Virus record (IMG/VR): IMGVR_UViG_3300033562_000145
Coordinates: 1 to 24,142 of that record
Strand: one strand, 5' to 3'
Origin: a virus
Taxonomy: Duplodnaviria > Caudoviricetes
DNA length: 24,142 nucleotides
In this document: positions 15,684-22,921 of the stretch, piece after piece
Position numbering within the stretch: position 1 is the first letter of the stretch
Layout: the number at the start of each line of letters is the position of its first letter
Translations under genes and position numbers: made by a program
Notes under the pieces: generated by a model
What the model was told of the DNA's origin: nothing
What the model saw: the letters and a program-made list of their open reading frames with translations, nothing else
The model's database searches: none

Positions 15684-15756
15684 TTCTTGACAAGCCTCGC
15701 TGTGTTGCTTTGCTTGTAAAACCATTGTAGCATTTCATTGCGGAGCTTGTCAAGAA
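15684..15756. repeat. 12-bp perfect inverted repeat bracketing the promoter (candidate operator pair)
   Basis: TTCTTGACAAGC (15684-15695) and GCTTGTCAAGAA (15745-15756). Each arm contains the palindrome CTTG-W-CAAG. Confidence 0.75.
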
Positions 15757-15764
15757 CTTTTTTT
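15724..15764 (-). promoter_or_regulatory. sigA/sigma70-type promoter with extended -10 and A-rich UP element
   Basis: Minus strand: AAAAAAAGTTC-TTGACA(15753-15748)-18 nt-TACAAT(15729-15724), with a TGn immediately before the -10. Lies in the only gap after the polymerase gene. Confidence 0.8.
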
Positions 15765-15771
15765 AAATAGT

Positions 15772-18144
15772 TTAAACCGTTGGAATTTCAACGATTTTAC
15801 CTGTTCCCCAAGACTGACCCAGCTCCACTTCAGCCACAAGGGGTATGTCTAAGCTAACACCAAAATACTTCTCTAAGATAAGTGGGACACTTTCCATACA
15901 CTTCTTTACGAGTATCGCCACCTCAGTAGCAACGTCGTCATCAGCCTGCACCATTATAGCGTCGTGTACCTGACCAACTAAGAAGGCCTTGTCCTTGTAC
16001 AGCTTCTCCAACTTCCCGTCTATCACAATCATAGCCAGCATTGTGATGTCGCTTGCAAATGATTGAACAGGTGTATTGATGGCCTGTCTTTCCGCACCAC
16101 TCCTTATCTCCCTATCCGGGCTATAAACGTTTGGAAGGTGTCGTATACGCCCAGTAGCCGTCTTTACATAGCCTAAGGTGTTTACCTCTCGACGTTGTCT
16201 TTCGTGCCACGGAAGGAGTGCCGGGTATGTGGTGAAATACTTATTTCGTGCATCTACCGAACCTTGTTCTGTGAAGAGAGCTCCGTAGGTGTCAAAGGCG
16301 TATGACTTGAAGCCCTTAGCACCCATACCGTATAGAAAGCCGAAATTTACAGCTTTTGCCCCTGTACGTTGTGTCTTTGTCACGTCTGCTAGTGGAATCC
16401 CGGCTACTTGCGATGCGGTTATAGCGTGTATGTCTTGCTCATTCCGATAGGCCTCCTTCATCACGTTCTCGCCGGCCACAAAGGCTCCTACCCGGAGTTC
16501 TATCTGAGAGTAGTCGGCTTCGATGAACTTAGTACCGGGAGGTGCTGATATAAGCTGTCTCACGTTGGCATCTCTTGGCACCTGTTGGAGGTTAGGGTCT
16601 TCGGCTGACAAGCGTCCAGTGGCTGTCTTTGCTATGTTGTATGTGGTATGCAGCCGTCCATCACGCTTCAGATAATCAACCCAAGGTACTAGAAACCCGT
16701 TAAGTGCCTTTTCAAGTTTTTTGTAACGTAGTAGCATCTCCGGAAGTGGGCTGTAGTCCGTCAATCTTAGTAGCGTTGACTTTCCTGTGGATGGAGTGCC
16801 CGACGGTGTCACGCTGATAATAGGCAGCTTCAGCTTCTCGAAGAAGAGGGTAGCTAACTGCTTGGTGGAGTTCAGGTTCATATCCTTCATATCGTCCGGC
16901 AGTAGCTCCCGTATCTCGTCTTCCATCACGCTCTTGTCCGCCTTATAGCGTCGTGTTACTAACTCCATTTGACCGGAATCCACATAGACACCATTGTGCT
17001 CTATCTTTTGGAGCACACGTTCCCCCTGCATAATGATGTATCGGAATACGTTAGCCAAGCCCCTGTCACCCTTGATTTCATCCCGGATGATGTAGTATAG
17101 CTTCAGCGTGTAGTAGCAGTCTAGTGCACAATACTTAGCCATAGCGTCGAACTCCTTGAGTGATAAGCCATCCTTGAAGACGATTCCGGCGTCGTAGTCA
17201 TCGGCACCACAGTAAGTCTTGGCCAGCCACTTGAGTCCGTGAGGGGTATTAACGTTTAGTAGATACGCCCCAAGGTAAGTGTCGAAGTCGATGTAAGGCT
17301 CTATGCCTCGGTCTCGGAGCCACCTGTTGTCGAACTTCCCATAGTGTGCCACCTTGCTGATGTTGTTTTTCTTCAGTATCTCCGCTATCTTTTCATAATA
17401 CTCGCTCACCGGTACTCCGGGGTTGGTGTAGTGCTCCGTCTCTAAGGGTATTATGTAAACCCCTTTGTCTGTGGCAATACCAAGCATAAATAGCTTAGCT
17501 CCTGTAGCGTAGGGGTCTAACCCAGTACACTCTATGTCGTAGGCTATGACCGCCTCTTTGGATAGCACCTCGCACACCTCTTCTAGCATTTCGTGTGATT
17601 GCACTATCTTGTACTTGAAGTCTTTCGGCGTCGATTTCTTACCAAACATCGTTTGGGCAAAATAGGCTATATCGGCTCTGAACTCTATGGCCAAGTGAGG
17701 CTGTGTTACCATTGCACTCGGGTTGTATGTTGGGATAACCACAGCTCCCTCGAAGTTGTACGTCTTACCGTGGTTCTTGAGAAGCCCTGATACACCGAGA
17801 AGAGCGTCGAGTGAGAACGCCCCAAGGGTCAGGATGTACTTTGGCTGCACGGCTCTCACCTCTTCGTGCAGTATTTCCCGGCACAGCTTCACGGCTTTTC
17901 TATTTGGCTTCTCGTTGTGCAAGTTGCACTTGATGGCCTTCGTAATGTAGCACTGGCTCATATCAATTCCAACGTCGTATAGCTCTCTGTACAGCGTCTT
18001 ACTAGCCGTGTCACAAAATAGCTCGTCTTGGATGATTTCAAAGGCAGTGGGTATATCGCCTATTATCATTATGTCAGCCTTGTAGGGGGTTGTGGTTATG
18101 TGCTCGCTGTGTTCTCTAGGGCAACCACTACATTGAGAGTACAT
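15772..18144 (-). CDS. Family A DNA polymerase with N-terminal family-4-UDG-like domain and 3'-5' exonuclease
   Basis: Polymerase motifs TATGRLS, PNLQQVP, ADYSQIELR (A), RTGAKAVNFGFLYG (B) and QVHDAI (C). Exonuclease motifs YDIECTG, HYGKFD and YCALD. N-terminal CxxC...KC-x14-C with a UDG-like IMIIG..P / ILTLG / PTYNPS scaffold. Confidence 0.95.
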   Translation of the reverse strand: MYSQCSGCPREHSEHITTTPYKADIMIIGDIPTAFEIIQDELFCDTASKTLYRELYDVGIDMSQCYITKAIKCNLHNEKPNRKAVKLCREILHEEVRAVQPKYILTLGAFSLDALLGVSGLLKNHGKTYNFEGAVVIPTYNPSAMVTQPHLAIEFRADIAYFAQTMFGKKSTPKDFKYKIVQSHEMLEEVCEVLSKEAVIAYDIECTGLDPYATGAKLFMLGIATDKGVYIIPLETEHYTNPGVPVSEYYEKIAEILKKNNISKVAHYGKFDNRWLRDRGIEPYIDFDTYLGAYLLNVNTPHGLKWLAKTYCGADDYDAGIVFKDGLSLKEFDAMAKYCALDCYYTLKLYYIIRDEIKGDRGLANVFRYIIMQGERVLQKIEHNGVYVDSGQMELVTRRYKADKSVMEDEIRELLPDDMKDMNLNSTKQLATLFFEKLKLPIISVTPSGTPSTGKSTLLRLTDYSPLPEMLLRYKKLEKALNGFLVPWVDYLKRDGRLHTTYNIAKTATGRLSAEDPNLQQVPRDANVRQLISAPPGTKFIEADYSQIELRVGAFVAGENVMKEAYRNEQDIHAITASQVAGIPLADVTKTQRTGAKAVNFGFLYGMGAKGFKSYAFDTYGALFTEQGSVDARNKYFTTYPALLPWHERQRREVNTLGYVKTATGRIRHLPNVYSPDREIRSGAERQAINTPVQSFASDITMLAMIVIDGKLEKLYKDKAFLVGQVHDAIMVQADDDVATEVAILVKKCMESVPLILEKYFGVSLDIPLVAEVELGQSWGTGKIVEIPTV

Positions 18145-18487
18145 CTTCTACCTCCTGTATTCGACGCCTTAGCAGCTCCGACTTTTGAGAGTTGTCTAGG
18201 AACATATCCTTGGTAAGTATTGTCTTTAGCGTATTGTCCTTAGCAATGATGCCCAGCACCGGCTCGCTTTTGTCGTCAAGCCTCATTAGGACATACACAT
18301 CACGTCGTATCTGCTTGGAAAGTTTAAAGCCCTTCGCAACTACTTGGGCCGGGGAGAGCACTGTGCCGTCAAATACAGCATCCTGAATCTCCTCCGCCGT
18401 AGTGGCGGAGAACTTTCTTCCTGTGCGTTCTAAGTACCTTGTCACAGCGTGCCCGCTGATTCGGATTGTCCGATGTTTTGCTGTCAT
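18128..18487 (-). CDS. Hypothetical protein with HAxxRxxER motif (DUF4258/BECR-fold-like; 119 aa, start revised)
   Basis: IRISGHAVTRYLERTG near the N-terminus and TLKTIL near the C-terminus. AAAGGGGG RBS upstream of the ATG at 18487. Overlaps the polymerase start by 17 nt. Confidence 0.55.
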   Translation of the reverse strand: MTAKHRTIRISGHAVTRYLERTGRKFSATTAEEIQDAVFDGTVLSPAQVVAKGFKLSKQIRRDVYVLMRLDDKSEPVLGIIAKDNTLKTILTKDMFLDNSQKSELLRRRIQEVEDVLSM

Positions 18488-18488
18488 A

Positions 18489-18776
18489 CTAATTGCCCCC
18501 TTTGGTTTTCTTCTCAAGCATCTCTAACACCTTGGCTTGAACATCTAGCATTACCTTAGCTGTTATGTCCTCGGCCTCTTCCCTAGAGAAGCCAAAGGTC
18601 ATTTGTATAAGCTCTATAACGTGGTAGTGCGTCACTGTAAGTGCGGTTATCTCCGCCACAAGGGAGTGCTCTACTGACGCTGTAGCCAGTTCTTCCCGTA
18701 CTTCCCTCGGTGCGTGCTTTAGCTCGTTCTTGATTCCGGATAGCATTGCTTCTAGTTGTTCTTTAGTTGGTCTCAT
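18489..18776 (-). CDS. Hypothetical helical protein (95 aa)
   Basis: Tightly packed between the helicase and the next ORF, same strand. Confidence 0.7.
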   Translation of the reverse strand: MRPTKEQLEAMLSGIKNELKHAPREVREELATASVEHSLVAEITALTVTHYHVIELIQMTFGFSREEAEDITAKVMLDVQAKVLEMLEKKTKGGN

Positions 18777-18777
18777 A

Positions 18778-20184
18778 TTACACTCTCTCTTTCAATATTG
18801 CCTTATAGGCATCGGATACAGAACTGGCGAAGTCTTCGTCGTTCTTCAGCGTATTAATAAGTTTTAAGTCTATAGACTTTTCTATAGCGAGGAAGTAGTT
18901 GGTGACGACGTTGCTTTTTTGAAATCGACCCATCACACGGTCTCTAGCCTGTAAGTAGTTCATAAGGCTAAAGTCAAGCGAGTAGAACACATTGATGTGT
19001 GCTGTATCAAACGAAACTCCCATCGCTCCGGTGGCTATCTGTACCACAATAGCGTCGAGCTTGCCGTCCTGAAAGGCCACCTTTGTGGCTTGTCTCTCTT
19101 GCTCAGGAACGCTCCCGTTGTAGTAGCCAACGTCGTACCGGCTCAGCACCTTTTTTATTAGCACTGCCTCAGCCTTGAACCGATGGAATATGACCAGTTT
19201 CTCTCCCCCAGCGTGCTTTGTGGCCACTAGGTCGGCTAGGGCGTCAGCCTTGGCACTGCTGATTTGCTCCACTGTGCCGTCGTCCGCTGTAGCAAAGCCA
19301 CCACAGAACTGTTGGAGTCTCATTAGCCGGGTTATGGCTAGCTCCCCCTCTACTACAGCACCGGAGTCAAGCTCCGTTACCCAAGCCTTCTTGAGCTCGT
19401 TGTAACGCTTTTGTGCTGTAGGCTCGAATGGAATGGTTAGCACTATCTCCTCTATCTCCGGCTCATCCATAACGGACTTTCTAAGCACTCGGATGGAGTG
19501 GTCCTTGATTGTGGACTTGATGGCTTCGATGTCAGTGCAATCCACAACCTGTTTTCCCATATAGCCCCCCATAACAGCGTACTTGTTACGGAAGTCTGTC
19601 CACTTACCACCGAATATGTCAGCGTCCATTACCTTGAACTGGCTGAAGATGTCCGTCCAGCTCTTAGTTATCGGCGTACCAGTCAACAAAAGCACCATCG
19701 GCTTGTGTTTAGTCAAGGACGCTGATGCTTTGGAACGCTTGCTTGTATGGTGCTTTACTAGGTGTGATTCATCAAATATTATGATGTCTGCATTCCACCA
19801 TAGTAGACGCTCCCGTTGTGTTACCAGCCTATCGTAGTTTATTATCAGGAACACAATTCCCCCGGTTACGTCCTTGGTTGACTTGAGTATCTCGTTTACC
19901 TTTGCTTGAGCACTTGGGTACATAAAGACCCTTCGTGGTATATCGTCCGGTAAGTGAGTTGTTATTTGATTCTCCCATTCACTACGTACCGATAAGGGGC
20001 TTACTATCAGCACCTTCGTGACCCCCTTCTGTAGGTGCTTTACCCCACAGAAGTCTATGGCCACTTTGGTTTTGCCGACACGCTGTTGGAAGAAGATACC
20101 AAATCTCTCGTGCTCCATTGCCTTTTTCAGTGCGTGCTTCTGCTCCGCACTAGGTAGTGTTTTAAACTTATACGTCTTTTTCAT
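18778..20184 (-). CDS. SNF2-like superfamily 2 helicase (468 aa; start revised to MKKTYK)
   Basis: QRVGKT (motif I), DESH (II), LTGTP (III), RLQQ, GAMGVSF and QARDRVMGR (VI). GGAGGT RBS upstream of the ATG at 20184. Confidence 0.9.
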   Translation of the reverse strand: MKKTYKFKTLPSAEQKHALKKAMEHERFGIFFQQRVGKTKVAIDFCGVKHLQKGVTKVLIVSPLSVRSEWENQITTHLPDDIPRRVFMYPSAQAKVNEILKSTKDVTGGIVFLIINYDRLVTQRERLLWWNADIIIFDESHLVKHHTSKRSKASASLTKHKPMVLLLTGTPITKSWTDIFSQFKVMDADIFGGKWTDFRNKYAVMGGYMGKQVVDCTDIEAIKSTIKDHSIRVLRKSVMDEPEIEEIVLTIPFEPTAQKRYNELKKAWVTELDSGAVVEGELAITRLMRLQQFCGGFATADDGTVEQISSAKADALADLVATKHAGGEKLVIFHRFKAEAVLIKKVLSRYDVGYYNGSVPEQERQATKVAFQDGKLDAIVVQIATGAMGVSFDTAHINVFYSLDFSLMNYLQARDRVMGRFQKSNVVTNYFLAIEKSIDLKLINTLKNDEDFASSVSDAYKAILKERV

Positions 20185-22087
20185 CAGCTGACCTCCCGAC
20201 AAACTTGCCCTTGGCCAACCTGTATAGATTCTTTCTACCGGCTTTGTCCACTTCTACGATGCCCTTTAGCTCTAAGTCCTTCAGTGCAGCCACCAACTCA
20301 CGGCGTGACATCGTGACAACTGCCTTTAATTCTTCGAGTGTCCTGTGGGATACAGCAAGGGCTTCCACGACGTCCTCGAACTGCCTTGGTACTGACGTTG
20401 AGTTAGCTGTCTCGTCGAGTGTCATTCGGTAGTACAGCTCTCCCGGAGCTCCCATATCTACGCTGAGTGTTAGCTCTCCCATACTTGGGTAAGCTCTGAA
20501 CTCACGCTCTATCTGAACCGTGAAGGGCTCCGCTGTAGACTTGATGTACAGTGCGGATTCTACCCAAGCGTGAAATGCGGATGAACCTCGAACACGTTGG
20601 CCCCCTCTAGCACTTGTACCACCTTTGTTGTAATGATGGCATATCATAATGGCCACGTTGTACTGATTTCTTAAATAGGTTAACCAGCGTAATACATCTC
20701 CCACTTCCTTTGCACTGTTTTCATCGACTTGGCCCAGCATCATATATAGTGGGTCAAGTATTATTAGGACCGGCTTCAGTTTCTCTATGGTAGCCTCTAT
20801 CAGCTCCCGGCTATCCTTGGCTGTTAGGTCTACGCCGTAGTTGTTTGAGAAGTACAAGGGTAAGTCATCGGCTAGTGCCCATCCCCCCGGCGTAGATGTC
20901 AGCATCCCTTTGGAGTAGGCTGTCTTGAACACCCGGTCTTGTACCGTCTGCTCGTTATTCTCCTCTTGGATGTAGAGCACCGGGCCACTTATCTCGACTG
21001 GGAACTGTCCTATGTAAGGGCGTCCACTGGCTACTGAAAGGGCTAGGTCTGTGGCCTGAACCGACTTATACGTCTTAGGCTCACCAGCTATCATCCCATA
21101 GGTACCGCTTTGCCAAATGTCTTTCACCAACCACTTGGGGGCTTCTATACGCTTTGACACGAATGTTTCAAACGGTATGGCCCACATATCCCCTTTCATC
21201 CGTTCCTCTACCGGAACAACTACCATACGCTCGGCTTCCACCCTTGTCTTAACGTGCTTATCGGCTTTGAGTATCTCGCCATATATCTGCTCAGCTTCGT
21301 TACGGCGTCCCTTGAACTTGTTCCAAGGGCACTGCATTATGACGTCGACAATGTCCAGCAGGGGAACCCCGGCCTCTATAAGAGACGTTTCTATCTCCCA
21401 CAGTCTATCGGAGCGTTCTCCTTGCTCTACTTCATCCGGGTTAACGAGGAGCAAGTCTCTCGTTCTTGCTGTTATGGTCCACGCTTCAAGCAGCTGCTCT
21501 ATAGCGTCTACCGGTGCAGCCTCGATAGCCTCTGTGGCTACCACCTGTTCTTGTACTTTTTCCAGTACATAGGCGTTCTTCTCCGCCCAAAGGAATCGGC
21601 CTTGTTGCGGTGGGTCGTATTTGTGGTTAGGACTACCCGGTATTCGTAATACTTGAGTGACGTCCCATCCGCCCTTATCGGCTCCTATGTGATACGTCAG
21701 GTCTTTATTCACTTGCTCAACAACGTCAATATCGTGCTTGCTATCCAAGGACCATAGGCACTGATAACGGTCATCCGAAGACGCCCAAGCTATAGAAGGC
21801 CGTAAGTTGCCAAGGTTTTTCGGGTTCACCTCATCTAGGTCCGCCCATAATATGCCTTGCTCTTTGCGTGCGTTCTCCTTTAAGCGTTTCGGCTTATCAA
21901 ACACCATAGGGCACCAGTAGGTATCCCACGCATCATTGGCTGATTGTGTAACACGCTCTTGTATGGCTTGCCACTCTCCAGGATAAGCGAAGGCTCGGCC
22001 TTCATCCCACACCTTACCTTTGCGTCTAGGGACAAACACATAGCCCTCTTGCGTGTTCCAAACTGCTTTTAGAACATTCAATTTCAT
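20168..22087 (-). CDS. Primase-helicase: RepB'-type primase + RecA-family (AAA_25) helicase + C-terminal wHTH
   Basis: Primase motifs LWADLD, WASSDDRYQCLW and GWDVTQVLRIPGSPNHKY. Helicase motifs AGEPKTYKS, ILDPL, HHYNK and RGSSA. C-terminal helix-turn-helix-wing pattern. Confidence 0.9.
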   Translation of the reverse strand: MKLNVLKAVWNTQEGYVFVPRRKGKVWDEGRAFAYPGEWQAIQERVTQSANDAWDTYWCPMVFDKPKRLKENARKEQGILWADLDEVNPKNLGNLRPSIAWASSDDRYQCLWSLDSKHDIDVVEQVNKDLTYHIGADKGGWDVTQVLRIPGSPNHKYDPPQQGRFLWAEKNAYVLEKVQEQVVATEAIEAAPVDAIEQLLEAWTITARTRDLLLVNPDEVEQGERSDRLWEIETSLIEAGVPLLDIVDVIMQCPWNKFKGRRNEAEQIYGEILKADKHVKTRVEAERMVVVPVEERMKGDMWAIPFETFVSKRIEAPKWLVKDIWQSGTYGMIAGEPKTYKSVQATDLALSVASGRPYIGQFPVEISGPVLYIQEENNEQTVQDRVFKTAYSKGMLTSTPGGWALADDLPLYFSNNYGVDLTAKDSRELIEATIEKLKPVLIILDPLYMMLGQVDENSAKEVGDVLRWLTYLRNQYNVAIMICHHYNKGGTSARGGQRVRGSSAFHAWVESALYIKSTAEPFTVQIEREFRAYPSMGELTLSVDMGAPGELYYRMTLDETANSTSVPRQFEDVVEALAVSHRTLEELKAVVTMSRRELVAALKDLELKGIVEVDKAGRKNLYRLAKGKFVGRSADEKDV

Positions 22088-22101
22088 AGGTACGTGCCCC
22101 C

Positions 22102-22260
22102 TTATTTGTAGCGTTGATTTAGCATCTCGTTAATGATTTCTGACATATTCGTCTTGGTTTTTTTAGCTTCAGTTTGTAGCTTGTCTTTAAGGCCCGTGTC
22201 TAACCTCAAATTAGTGGGCGTCTTATCGTCGTACTTTTGTGTGTTTTCTTCAATAGCCAT
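22102..22260 (-). CDS. Ribbon-helix-helix (CopG/Arc-like) DNA-binding protein (52 aa; start revised)
   Basis: PTNLRLDTGLKDKLQTEAKKTKTNMSEIINEML is a typical RHH pattern. GAGGAGG RBS upstream of the ATG at 22260. Confidence 0.8.
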   Translation of the reverse strand: MAIEENTQKYDDKTPTNLRLDTGLKDKLQTEAKKTKTNMSEIINEMLNQRYK

Positions 22261-22489
22261 TGTTATCCTCCTCTCCCAAGTCAACTTTTTCAAGGCGGCT
22301 CCGAACTTTTTTGTCTAGTTTAGCCCAAGCCTCTTCAACCTGTTTATCATCCAATATATTGTGAAACATTAGCGTGAATACAGCAAGTCTCGCCGTCTCA
22401 ACACGCTCTGCATCGGGACCTAGCGTATAACCTTTTCTTCTAGCCTGTCGCTCTAGCGACGTTCCTAGCCCATCATATCTAAACTTCAT
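22250..22489 (-). CDS. Hypothetical phage protein (79 aa)
   Basis: AGGAGGT RBS. Overlaps the start of the RHH gene. Confidence 0.75.
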   Translation of the reverse strand: MKFRYDGLGTSLERQARRKGYTLGPDAERVETARLAVFTLMFHNILDDKQVEEAWAKLDKKVRSRLEKVDLGEEDNNGY

Positions 22490-22511
22490 ATTACCTCCTG
22501 TTTAGTAATCA

Positions 22512-22715
22512 CTATTTCATCAAAACTGGCACTGGAAACGTATCAAAATCCCATCTTGAAACTTCTCCACATTTCGTGCATTTATAAGTTACAACTTCTT
22601 CGTCACTCACAAAACTTTGGCTACTAATGAGTTCGTTGGTGCATTTAGGACAATATATCCAACAATTTTGTGACCTTGTTTGAAATTTAAGCCGAAGCCT
22701 TTTAAACCAATTCAT
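22512..22715 (-). CDS. Zinc-ribbon protein (67 aa)
   Basis: CPKC...CTKC with an amphipathic basic N-terminus (MNWFKRLRLKF). AAAGGAGG RBS. Confidence 0.8.
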   Translation of the reverse strand: MNWFKRLRLKFQTRSQNCWIYCPKCTNELISSQSFVSDEEVVTYKCTKCGEVSRWDFDTFPVPVLMK

Positions 22716-22743
22716 TTAACCCTCCTTTACTAAATAGTAGAAA

Positions 22744-22845
22744 CTAATATTCTCCTGAGCCATAGGCCATCCAGCACTCCATTATACCTTCCTTGTTAAG
22801 ACGCTCACAGCTTTGGTTTACATAATACATACACCCTTCGCACAT
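22744..22845 (-). CDS. Cys-rich micro-protein (33 aa), absent from the ORF track
   Basis: Read by hand: MCEGCMYYVNQSCERLNKEGIMECWMAYGSGEY*. TAAGGAGGT RBS 5 nt upstream. First ORF after a consensus promoter. Confidence 0.7.
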   Translation of the reverse strand: MCEGCMYYVNQSCERLNKEGIMECWMAYGSGEY

Positions 22846-22876
22846 TCTTTACCTCCTTAACACACACTAGACCCCA

Positions 22877-22905
22877 AGTATATACGGGGTTGACCTTGTT
22901 GTCAA
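22877..22905 (-). promoter_or_regulatory. Near-consensus sigA/sigma70 promoter
   Basis: Minus strand: TTGACA(22905-22900)-17 nt-TATACT(22882-22877), followed by an RBS and ATG. Confidence 0.85.
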
Positions 22906-22911
22906 CCCCGT
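22884..22911. repeat. 11-bp perfect inverted repeat over the -35 and spacer (operator and/or hairpin)
   Basis: ACGGGGTTGAC-CTTGTT-GTCAACCCCGT. Confidence 0.8.
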
Positions 22912-22921
22912 TATCAACGTC

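Noticed and set aside
15687-15715. + strand promoter from the TTGACA in the downstream inverted-repeat arm
   Set aside because: No acceptable -10 hexamer at 16-18 nt spacing.
15668-15733. N-terminal extension of the 83-aa ORF in the supplied track
   Set aside because: It overlaps the promoter and has no RBS. The ATG at 15667 has a good RBS.
15772-18144. Intein/intron in the polymerase, or a UdgX-type covalent uracil trap
   Set aside because: Motif spacing is normal with no insertion. The UdgX KRRIH loop is absent.
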